A DNA stretch of 55,346 nucleotides. Origin: a virus (Duplodnaviria > Heunggongvirae > Uroviricota > Caudoviricetes). The notes under the pieces were generated by a model. The model did no database searches, was not told the origin of the DNA, and saw only the letters and a list, made by a program, of their open reading frames with translations. The position numbers and the translations under genes were made by a program. Location: positions 64,001 to 119,346 of IMG/VR virus record IMGVR_UViG_2645727811_000003, one strand, 5' to 3'. The stretch's first letter is position 1. The number at the start of each line of letters is the position of its first letter. Below, in pieces: positions 9,505 to 18,222 of this stretch.

Positions 9505-10139
9505 CTCCTTCATCCCTTCTAAGGGGATATCTGATTCTAACGTGTAGGAGTGTTAGAAATCGAAAAGGGTTCATTTATAACAAATGGACACTTTCGGTTT
9601 AGTATGTAACCCCTTTAAACACCTTGGGTATTCTAAGTGCATCCGGCTTTATAATGCTGCTAAAGACCATAGCAGCAGGTCGGATAATAGTCATTTGCGA
9701 GGGATCGAGGTTAGCTCGGTCGTTTGTATCTTCAAAAGACAGGTAAGTGGCTATTATCGGACGAAAACTGTCAATAAGACCTTAGCTACTAACTACTTTG
9801 TAGGGTGAACCCATCACAGTCTTATTATGGGTGACAGTTTTGTCTTAAATTAATTGCGGTGTACAGCTTCGGCTTGCACTTAGATGAGGCGGATGCGTCT
9901 TCCTCATCTGAATACTGCCCTTCGACTATTCGAATGAGGCATAAAATTTTTCCGGGTTAGCGATTTTTCTATAATCGTAAAATAAGTGAATTGGCATTTG
10001 AGCGTTTGATCACCGCTCCCCTTTCACTGAAAAGGATTATTTTCGGTCTTGTCTTTTCAAAACTATTCTATTTGTGCTTGCGTTGCCTACGGGTCTTTCC
10101 GGAATGTGCTTCCGAGCCTTCCGGTGCGCAGGCGATCCT
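9505..10139 (+). ncRNA. Candidate structured non-coding RNA(s)
   Basis: Nested stems, e.g. 9683-9696/9745-9758 (14 bp) and 9760-9773/9832-9844, plus a UUCG hairpin; no credible ORF. Strand and ends are inferred. Confidence 0.5.
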
Positions 10140-10211
10140 AGGGGCGCATGTTCCTCGGTGGCGATGCGGTCTCCAAAACCGCGTGGGCAGGTTCGATCCC
10201 TATCGCCCCTG
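10140..10211 (+). tRNA. tRNA-Trp(CCA)-like element, degenerate D and T stems, no encoded CCA
   Basis: Acceptor AGGGGCG/CGCCCCT, anticodon arm GCGGT-CTCCAAA-ACCGC, T-loop TTCGATC, discriminator G. Confidence 0.8.
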
Positions 10212-10269
10212 TACAAAAGGGTCTTGCAAGATGCAAGTCGCCTTATTAACGAAAAAGGAGAAGATGTGA

Positions 10270-10785
10270 ATGTCAAAAATCGCACTATTTGAAGCTCTCC
10301 CTTTAAGAAATACTATTTCCAAACGTATTCAAGAACTCTTGCAAGAAAGAGATAGCGTTGCCTATGTTGAACACGACAAAGATGAACCATACACTAAACC
10401 AACAAAAACTATTGATAAAATCACAACAGAGTTGGAAGTTGCAAGGAAAGATTATCGTGACCTTGTAGTGTTGATGGCCGAAGCAAACCTATATGCTAAA
10501 GTTGTATGGGATGAAAAAGAGTTGTCTATAACGGAAGCTCTTGAGTTAGCTCAACAACTAAGAGGTGAAGCTAATAAACTTAAAAACTATGGACGTTCGA
10601 AACAAACTGAACGACTAGCATCATATTCTGATGTTGTGAGTTATCGTGAAGCCATGTTTGAGCCTGAGAAAATGAAATCTAAAGGATTAAAACTTGAAAG
10701 AATGGCGAATCGCTTATCAAATGCAATTGAAAAAGCAAATCATAACTATGAAATTGAGTTTGAGGCTGCTAATAAGTATCTATAA
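10270..10785 (+). CDS. DIP1984-like (DUF6847) helical protein
   Basis: N-terminal LFEALPLR…RI, central EAN…SITEAL and C-terminal L..AIEKAN match the recalled DIP1984 pattern; AAGGAG RBS. Confidence 0.65.
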   Translation: MSKIALFEALPLRNTISKRIQELLQERDSVAYVEHDKDEPYTKPTKTIDKITTELEVARKDYRDLVVLMAEANLYAKVVWDEKELSITEALELAQQLRGEANKLKNYGRSKQTERLASYSDVVSYREAMFEPEKMKSKGLKLERMANRLSNAIEKANHNYEIEFEAANKYL

Positions 10786-10786
10786 A

Positions 10787-11122
10787 TGCTGAGCTTTTGC
10801 CTTAGCTATGAGGGTGAAAATTATTTCACCTTCATAGCTGGTGTAAAAATCATCAGCTTGGAGCGTCAGAGAAGTAGAGAGCCGCCTTGGTTTGGAGCGT
10901 ATCCAAACTGCAATACCGATAAAATTACAATTTTTTTGTAGGATGGGAAACGGATAACGTTTAACAGCTTACGTTTCACGCTCTTTACAGTTTTACGGAC
11001 GTTAGATATTTTTATTTGGTCATATTTAGACGAAAAAATTTCACTCTGTTCTCTGCTGCTCCATTTTTAGCTCATCTACCATGTGTAGAAAGAGTTTCTG
11101 AAGACGTCTAAAAAGACGTCTT
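10787..11122 (+). ncRNA. Candidate structured RNA downstream of the DIP1984-like gene
   Basis: Hairpin 10804-10839; long-range stem 10859-10879/11044-11063 enclosing 7-nt periodic AC-core repeats; terminator-like hairpin 11101-11122. Confidence 0.55.
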
Positions 11123-11303
11123 TTGTTATTTGTAAATTCCTTCGGGTGTTTTCCCTCAACACCTATCCGATTTATTCATTTCTTATTTTTCCCCTCTATC
11201 TCCTCTTTTCGGATTGGCCGATGCTATCGGATCATCGGACTTCCGAAGGAATTTATTTTAGTTTTATATATTAATTAAAAGGATTATAAGGAGGAATACT
11301 TGT

Positions 11304-11495
11304 ATGGCAAGCAAAAAAGTTCATCAAGTTAATTTGAAAGGTTTTTTTGATATGGATGTAATGGAAATTACCGAACAAACCAAAGAAACTGAGTATACTT
11401 ATGATTTTAAAGAAATTCTTTCTGAGTTTAGTGGAAAAAACGTGTCAATCACAATCAAAGAAGAAAATGAACTTCCTGTTAAAGAAGATGAGTAG
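11304..11495 (+). CDS. yonK: YonK family protein
   Basis: 63 aa, GAGGA RBS, SPbeta position before yonJ. Confidence 0.85.
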   Translation: MASKKVHQVNLKGFFDMDVMEITEQTKETEYTYDFKEILSEFSGKNVSITIKEENELPVKEDE

Positions 11496-11507
11496 GATGG
11501 TGATTGA

Positions 11508-12701
11508 ATGACAGCAGTTTTGAACCCCGCTCTTCAACGTGATAAAGATGAATCATTTACTGATTACCACATTAGATTATTTAAAAATAAAGATACATAC
11601 AATATTGATACAAAAACTATTGCAGAGCTGCTGAACAAGGAACATGGCTCTCATTATGATGAGAGTAAGTGGCGTAAAGATTATAAGCAATACGAACGCT
11701 GGTATGCTTACATAATGTCTAAAAACATTGACAAAGATATTCAAGATAAATACCAAGAACTTTTTATTGAATCTGAAAAAGCTAAAGTTAGAAAACGGGA
11801 TCAAAATAGAGAATTTGCTAAAAAGATCCGTAATCAGGCTCGTTTTGAAAAGATTAAAGATGATGTAGTTGAAGCTATTTTAAACTTAGAATCAAAGCGG
11901 CCGCTCAATTTCACTTCCCCATCCCCTGTCGCAACTGAAAAGCATGGGCTTGCTCTTTTTAGTGACTGGCATTTTGGAATGGAGATTGATAACCGAATTA
12001 ACAAATTTAACAAAGAAATTTTCAATGAACGAGTGGAACATTTAACAAGTAAAGTCATTGAATATGGAAAGTTGAATCACATTTCTACGCTGCATATTGC
12101 AAACCTCGGCGATTTAATCGGTGGGCTCATTCATGTTTCAACGAGAGTGCAAGCAAACGAAGATGCTGTTGAACAAATAAAATACGTATCAGAAACTCTT
12201 GCTGAAGTGTTGGTAAAGTTTGCTTCAGAGTTCCAAGAGATTAGATTTTATAATGTTGCAGGAAATCATGGCCGCCTCTCCCCTTCTAAAAACGATGTTG
12301 GGATCAAGGAAAATTTCGAATACCTTATCAATTGGTATTTAGAAGCCAGGTTAAGAGACATTGAGAACATCTCTATTGAACCCGAACAAGATGGTTTTAT
12401 TCCAGCAAAAATCAATAATAGTGAAGTCGTTTTTGTTCACGGACACTATGATCGAGTTGATCAATGTGTAACACGCTTGCCTCAATTATTAGGCTATATC
12501 CCTTCATACATATTCGGTGGCCACATTCATCACAATTATGAAAAAGAATACGGCAGCACGACCGTAGTAGTAAACGGCTCTTTAGTTGGCGCTGATGATT
12601 ACGCAATGCAAGGACGTTTTGGCACAAGACCATCACAGAAATTTTTGGTTTTTGATGATGAGGGTATAGAGGCTACATACATAATTCGTTTTAAATCCTA
12701 G
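11508..12701 (+). CDS. yonJ: Calcineurin-like metallophosphoesterase
   Basis: DWHFG, GDLIGG, GNHGR, HGH, GHIHH motifs; synteny. Confidence 0.88.
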   Translation: MTAVLNPALQRDKDESFTDYHIRLFKNKDTYNIDTKTIAELLNKEHGSHYDESKWRKDYKQYERWYAYIMSKNIDKDIQDKYQELFIESEKAKVRKRDQNREFAKKIRNQARFEKIKDDVVEAILNLESKRPLNFTSPSPVATEKHGLALFSDWHFGMEIDNRINKFNKEIFNERVEHLTSKVIEYGKLNHISTLHIANLGDLIGGLIHVSTRVQANEDAVEQIKYVSETLAEVLVKFASEFQEIRFYNVAGNHGRLSPSKNDVGIKENFEYLINWYLEARLRDIENISIEPEQDGFIPAKINNSEVVFVHGHYDRVDQCVTRLPQLLGYIPSYIFGGHIHHNYEKEYGSTTVVVNGSLVGADDYAMQGRFGTRPSQKFLVFDDEGIEATYIIRFKS

Positions 12702-12865
12702 ATCTAAATAAATCTTTAATTTTATTCAAAAATCGATGATGAAGATGGATAAAACAGAAGAAATTGAATTGATGAACAGACATTTGGAACAACTTATTAA
12801 ATTGAAACAGTCCAGCAGCATTTGAAATAAAAAGGAACCCACCGTTAAGTGGATTCCAATAAGGG

Positions 12866-13048
12866 CTATTTCTTTTTAAAGATGATGTCCAGAGCTAACA
12901 GGATAATACAACCTACAAGAATGATGATTGAGATAACATTTGACCCGAAGCCAGTGTTCCAGTTTTTCCAAATTGAGTAGACTTGGAAAAGGAGCAAAAG
13001 GATAACTGCTAACCTAAATGGCAATGTAAATGATTTAATGGTTATCAC
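12866..13048 (-). CDS. Small two-TM protein, probable bacteriocin immunity
   Basis: 60 aa, two hydrophobic helices, basic tail; starts 8 nt after the bacteriocin-like gene. Confidence 0.7.
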   Translation of the reverse strand: MITIKSFTLPFRLAVILLLLFQVYSIWKNWNTGFGSNVISIIILVGCIILLALDIIFKKK

Positions 13049-13055
13049 CTATTCT

Positions 13056-13685
13056 CTATACGCATTGTCGTATTACGTTTGATATGTTGAAAAAATCAAG
13101 AAAAGCCTCTCCTACATCCTTTGGCAGGTTATTGGTTGTTCTTTTTACAGCTTCTTTCCAAGCGTCTACTGTTCTCCATCTTTGCTTTTTCAAGCTTTTG
13201 TACTTAGAGTAAATTCTGTCAACGGTTTTCTTTACGCCGCCGAGTAAGTTGATGGCTTTTTTCAATTTGACAATCTTAGAGAGTGGGAAGCCGACAGTCC
13301 CAATCATAAGACCAACAGCGATTACGCAGTCCCACGCTCCAGCAGGTTGAATTGCAGAACTGTCAGCAGATGTTTTAGATTCTTTTACATCTACATCAGA
13401 TAAAGACGGAACAACTAAATTATCACCGTTTGTAGTGACTTCAACCCCTGTTTTTTCTGTTAACCAACTAGCTACTTTTTCGGGACCTTGTTTTTCAACA
13501 CTAGCTGGCAACTGCTCAATACCTTCTAAGAATTTAACAAAATTACTGTCTGGTGAAAGAAGTTCACTCTCTAAACTTCCTGTTGGCGCATCAATTTCCC
13601 CCTCTTCCTTTGCTGATGCGAAGGACGGTGTGATGGTCGCAAAAGCTAGTAGAAAGGCTAAAAAGAATGGAAAATATTTTTTCAT
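13056..13685 (-). CDS. Secreted pre-pro-bacteriocin, closticin-574-like
   Basis: Signal peptide (…FASA), acidic pro-region, IQPA boundary, cationic mature part WDC…KIVKLKKAINLLGG…QCV with two Cys; GGGGGA RBS. Confidence 0.7.
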   Translation of the reverse strand: MKKYFPFFLAFLLAFATITPSFASAKEEGEIDAPTGSLESELLSPDSNFVKFLEGIEQLPASVEKQGPEKVASWLTEKTGVEVTTNGDNLVVPSLSDVDVKESKTSADSSAIQPAGAWDCVIAVGLMIGTVGFPLSKIVKLKKAINLLGGVKKTVDRIYSKYKSLKKQRWRTVDAWKEAVKRTTNNLPKDVGEAFLDFFNISNVIRQCV

Positions 13686-13965
13686 ATCGTTCCCCCCTTT
13701 GTTTTTAATATTTTTTAAGCCCTTTCACCGCAACTATATCATATTATCAAATACAAATAAACAATTTATACCATAATTAGTACTTAGTTACCACCCTCTC
13801 TGTATTTAACTAATCTTTATTAAATATAAATACTTAAATACAGAGAGGATAAAATAAAAACACCTTTTTAGAACGCCCAGTGATGATTGAGGCCTCTTCT
13901 CCTCTACCTCTTATTGCTGGGCGTTTTATAAAATGTGTTTTACTAACAATATTGGAGGTGAATCA

Positions 13966-14898
13966 ATGGCTACACAAAAACTTATGTGCTCCTGCTGTGG
14001 GAAAGCTCAAGCTATTTCTCAGTTTTATAAATCTGAATCCTTGTTTAACGCAGCTACAGGAAAACTAACAGTCTGTAAGATGTGTCTTCAAACTGAATAC
14101 AAGAAAGACCCTGAAAATTTAACACATGTACAAAACATTTTACGTATGATTGACCGCCCTTTTATTTATGATATTTGGATAGCTTCAATAGATGAAGCAA
14201 AAACAAAAGCTAAGAATGGCGATGCTAATGTTTTTGGTGTCTACATGAAAAATATCGGAATGAAAGATTTCATCTCCAAAAATTGGTCAGATAGCGAATA
14301 TGATTTTGAAGAAGAACAAGAACATACAAAGAAAATGTTGCTTGCTAAAAGCGATGAAAATGTGACACAGGAAGACATTGATGAATTCATTCAGTTTTGG
14401 GGACGCGGTCTATCTATTGAGGATTATTTATGGCTTCAGAATGAGTACATAGACTTTACAAATAGATATGAATGCGACTCTAAAGGAATGGAACTGCTTA
14501 TAAATCAAATTTGTCTAACAATGCTGGATATTCGTAAGCGTCGTGAAAATGGAGAGAAAGTCGACCAGCAGCAAAAAACACTCCAGGATTTATTGGGATC
14601 GAGTAATCTAAAACCAGTTCAAGAATCAGGCGCTAGCGGTGTTGAACAAGAGACCTTCGGTACATTGATAAAAAAATATGAAAACGAAAGGCCAATTCCA
14701 GAACCTGAACCTCGCTGGAAAGATCCTGATAAGATTGGTAAGTACATAAAAGTATTTTTCTTAGGCCACTTATCAAGGATGCTTGGTATTAAGAATGACT
14801 ATTCAAATGAATATTGGGACGAAATGAAAAAGCACACTGTTGAAGAGCCTGTAGATGAAGAAGATGACGAGGTAAACGAAAATGGCCTCATACAGTAA
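13966..14898 (+). CDS. yonG: YonG-like protein, candidate terminase small subunit
   Basis: GGAGGTG RBS supports ATG 13966; N-terminal CSCC…CKMC zinc motif; overlaps the terminase large subunit start. Confidence 0.8.
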   Translation: MATQKLMCSCCGKAQAISQFYKSESLFNAATGKLTVCKMCLQTEYKKDPENLTHVQNILRMIDRPFIYDIWIASIDEAKTKAKNGDANVFGVYMKNIGMKDFISKNWSDSEYDFEEEQEHTKKMLLAKSDENVTQEDIDEFIQFWGRGLSIEDYLWLQNEYIDFTNRYECDSKGMELLINQICLTMLDIRKRRENGEKVDQQQKTLQDLLGSSNLKPVQESGASGVEQETFGTLIKKYENERPIPEPEPRWKDPDKIGKYIKVFFLGHLSRMLGIKNDYSNEYWDEMKKHTVEEPVDEEDDEVNENGLIQ

Positions 14899-16651
14899 CT
14901 TTACAACAGATCGAAAAAAACATAGTAGAGGGATTAATCTCTTCAATAAAGGCAAGAACTTCAACAAAAAATCTAAATCAGAAAGACTGATGGATGGCAT
15001 TGGTGCTTGGGCTTCTTTTTATCGAGCTAACCCCCATCGATTTGTAAAAGAATACTTAGGAATAACCCTTAAATTATTTCAATGCATTTTGATTTATATG
15101 ATGGTTCACAACCATTATTTCATGTATTTAGCTAGTCGCGGACAGGGTAAAACTTGGTTAACGTCGGTGTACTGCTGTGTTCAAGCCATACTATTTCCTG
15201 GTACAAAGATAGTCATTGCTTCAGGAACTAAAGGACAAGCAAGAGAAGTTATTGAAAAAATTGATGATTTGCGAAAAGAGTCCCCGAATTTAAAACGAGA
15301 AATTGAGGACTTAAAAACTTCAACTAATGACGCAAGGGTTGAATTCCATAATGGTAGTTGGATTAAAATTGTTGCATCAAACGACGGAGCTCGCTCAAAA
15401 CGTGCAAACCTTTTAATTGTGGACGAGTTCAGAATGGTCGATTTTGAGATCATTAGCAAAGTACTGAGAAAGTTTCTTACCGCTCCAAGGTCTCCAAAAT
15501 ATCTTGAAAAAGAAGAATATGCTCATTTAAAAGAACGAAACAAAGAAATTTACTTATCCTCCTGCTGGTATAAAGTTCACTGGTCATACGGCAGATTTGT
15601 AACCTATTTTAACGCAATGATGAAAGGATCAAAGTATTTTGTATGCGGTCTTCCTTATCAAATTGCTATTAGAGAAGGACTCCTCGATAAAGACCAAGTA
15701 AAGGACGAAATGTCTGAAGAAGACTTTGACCCCATTGGCTGGTCAATGGAAATGGAAGCATTGTGGTTCGGAGAATCTGAAAAAGCTTATTTTAAATTTG
15801 AAGACCTTGAAAAAAATCGAAAGCTCGCCTCTCCCCTATTCCCGCCTGATTACTATGACCTCATTAAAGATTCTAATTTTAAATTTGAAAACAAAAAACC
15901 TGGAGAATTAAGGTTAATTAGCAACGACATCGCTGGCATGGCAGGCAAAGACAATGACGCTAGTGTGTATACCGTTTTCAGATTAATTCCAAATTCTAAT
16001 GGTTATGATAGACACATTGTTTATATGGAGAGCATAGTTGGTGGACACACAGGTTCACAAGCAACTAGGATAAGACAATTATTCGAAGATTATGCATGTG
16101 ATTACATTGTGCTAGATACTCAAAGCATTGGTCTAGGTGTATATGATGCGCTTTGTCAGCCTCTATATGATAAAGAAAGAGCTAAAGAATATGAACCGCT
16201 CTCTTGTATCAATGACGAAAAAATGGCTGAACGTTGCACATATCAAAATGCTAAAAAACTCATTTACAGTATTAAAGGTAACGCTCAATTAAATAGTGAG
16301 ATTGCAGTTCTTCTTAAAGATGGATTTAAACGAGGAAAAATTAAAATCCCTATTAATGAAAATGAAGGGCGAGAATATTTGAAGCGATTCAAAGGATACG
16401 AAGCCTTACCGGAAGAAACCAAGGCCAAATTTATCTCATCTTATGTCCAAATCACCTTGTTAATCAATGAAATGATAAACCTTGAAGCTGAGTACAACGA
16501 TAATGGTCAAGTTAAGCTAAAAGAACCTAAGAGTAAACGGAAAGACAGATATAGTTCCGTGGCATACGGAAATTATGTAGCCACTCTTTTAGAACGGAAA
16601 CTCAACAAACAAACAGAATATGACACTGATGATGATCTTGTCTACTTTTAA
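14882..16651 (+). CDS. yonF: Terminase large subunit
   Basis: 589 aa; Walker A ASRGQGKT, Walker B LLIVDE, nuclease motifs DIAG and KDRYSS. Confidence 0.93.
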   Translation: MASYSNFTTDRKKHSRGINLFNKGKNFNKKSKSERLMDGIGAWASFYRANPHRFVKEYLGITLKLFQCILIYMMVHNHYFMYLASRGQGKTWLTSVYCCVQAILFPGTKIVIASGTKGQAREVIEKIDDLRKESPNLKREIEDLKTSTNDARVEFHNGSWIKIVASNDGARSKRANLLIVDEFRMVDFEIISKVLRKFLTAPRSPKYLEKEEYAHLKERNKEIYLSSCWYKVHWSYGRFVTYFNAMMKGSKYFVCGLPYQIAIREGLLDKDQVKDEMSEEDFDPIGWSMEMEALWFGESEKAYFKFEDLEKNRKLASPLFPPDYYDLIKDSNFKFENKKPGELRLISNDIAGMAGKDNDASVYTVFRLIPNSNGYDRHIVYMESIVGGHTGSQATRIRQLFEDYACDYIVLDTQSIGLGVYDALCQPLYDKERAKEYEPLSCINDEKMAERCTYQNAKKLIYSIKGNAQLNSEIAVLLKDGFKRGKIKIPINENEGREYLKRFKGYEALPEETKAKFISSYVQITLLINEMINLEAEYNDNGQVKLKEPKSKRKDRYSSVAYGNYVATLLERKLNKQTEYDTDDDLVYF

Positions 16652-16668
16652 AAGAAATGAGGTGAAGT

Positions 16669-18189
16669 ATGACTGATATTAAAAAAATCGATATTGAATC
16701 GGAGGAGTACAAAAAGCTGCTGAACGATTACAGCACCTATGTGTCTACTTTTGCATCTGGCTTTGTTTCTAACTTATTTTCTCAAGGTATTATAAGCGAA
16801 GTAGATGCTAAGCAGTTAAAAGAATACTTTTCTGATCCTGATGAATTTCAGGAAGAGATAGAAGATCTTGCTCAATATTTCTATATTTCAACCGCTGAGA
16901 TTCATCAACTATTTGAGTTAATTGAAGCCCTCCCCACTTTGAATTATAAAATTGATTCCTTTACAAAAAGCAAGTCCTCTGATAAGCACATATCCCTTTT
17001 AAATAAAGCCCTCCATAAAGTAAAGCATAAAAGATTAACACGCGACTTGCTAAAACAAACTGCAGCAGCAGGAACACTCGTTGGAATTTGGCTAGGAGAC
17101 GATAAATCCCCCTACCCTTTTGTGTTCGACAGTGTTAAATATGTTTTTCCAGCTTTCAGAAGAAACGGTGATTGGGTTTGTTTAATCGATATGGAGTATT
17201 TTAGCAACATTAAAGAGGACTATAGAAAAGAGCTGCTAAACAGCTTTTCCCCTTTCATTAAGAGTTCCGATTATGAAAACTTCCTTCAAGATCGTGAGAA
17301 ATACAGATACAAGGAACTTCCTCAAGAACGGACATTTCCACTTCGAACTGGAACATTAAAAAGAAATCAGGGATTAGGTACATCATGGGTTACACCAGGA
17401 TTGTATGATGTTCTACATAAAAAGAAACTCAAAGATGTTGAAAGGGCAATTGCTAATAAAATCATTAATGCAGTTGCGGTTTTAACCATCGGGACTGATA
17501 AGGGAAAAGGTGAATACACAAACCTTAAACTTCCAAAGGCAGTAAAACAAAAAGTACACTCTGGAGTTAAAACTGCTTTAGAAAAAAACAATAAAGATGG
17601 GGTTACAGTTGTTTCGATCCCTGACTTTGCAAGTTTAGCATTCCCGGATGTGAAAGCAGATGGATTAGACGGAGCCAAGTTTGATCATATCAACAGTGAC
17701 ATACAATCCGCTTATGGTTTATCAGGTTCTCTGTTAAATGGTGAGGGTGGCAACTATGCAACGTCCTCATTAAACTTAGATACCTTTTACAAAAGAATTG
17801 GCGTCTTAATGGAGGAAGTTGAACAAGAAGTATATCAAAAACTCTTTAATCTTATCCTTCCTGCAGGTCAAAAAGATAATTATTACATGAACTATGACAA
17901 AGATAAGCCTTTAACTCTTAAAGAAAAGATGGACATTCTCATTAAGCTTAATGATAAAGGTTGGTCAATTAAACATGTAATCGACAATATTGCAGGCGTG
18001 TCATGGGAAAGTTATTTGGAACAAACTTTATATGAAACAGATGAATTGAATCTTCAAGATAAGATAAAGCCTTATCAAACATCCTATACATATACAGGCA
18101 ATGAAGCTGGATACCCTGTTGTAGATGAAAGTACTAATGAAAACACTATTAAATCTGCAACATCAAATGGAAACAGCTTACCAGACTAA
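16669..18189 (+). CDS. yonE: Portal protein
   Basis: 506 aa directly after the terminase; length and position as SPbeta YonE. Confidence 0.85.
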   Translation: MTDIKKIDIESEEYKKLLNDYSTYVSTFASGFVSNLFSQGIISEVDAKQLKEYFSDPDEFQEEIEDLAQYFYISTAEIHQLFELIEALPTLNYKIDSFTKSKSSDKHISLLNKALHKVKHKRLTRDLLKQTAAAGTLVGIWLGDDKSPYPFVFDSVKYVFPAFRRNGDWVCLIDMEYFSNIKEDYRKELLNSFSPFIKSSDYENFLQDREKYRYKELPQERTFPLRTGTLKRNQGLGTSWVTPGLYDVLHKKKLKDVERAIANKIINAVAVLTIGTDKGKGEYTNLKLPKAVKQKVHSGVKTALEKNNKDGVTVVSIPDFASLAFPDVKADGLDGAKFDHINSDIQSAYGLSGSLLNGEGGNYATSSLNLDTFYKRIGVLMEEVEQEVYQKLFNLILPAGQKDNYYMNYDKDKPLTLKEKMDILIKLNDKGWSIKHVIDNIAGVSWESYLEQTLYETDELNLQDKIKPYQTSYTYTGNEAGYPVVDESTNENTIKSATSNGNSLPD

Positions 18190-18222
18190 TTTGCAATGTT
18201 TTGAAAGGAGGTGAATAAACGT

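Noticed and set aside
9640-9850. Hammerhead, twister or pistol ribozyme
   Set aside because: The required conserved cores (e.g. CUGANGA paired with GAAA) were not found in the right arrangement.
9584-10292. ORFs 9584-9808, 9991-10269, 10037-10285 and 10074-10292
   Set aside because: No RBS, atypical composition, and they run through the tRNA-like element and RNA stems; better explained as non-coding.
12736-12825. 29-aa ORF MMKMDKTEEIELMNRH… after yonJ
   Set aside because: No RBS; could be a remnant truncated by the bacteriocin moron, but I cannot confirm this.
13056-13685. SdpC or sublancin identity
   Set aside because: The mature region resembles neither, and no sdpAB or sunS/sunT-type genes are adjacent.
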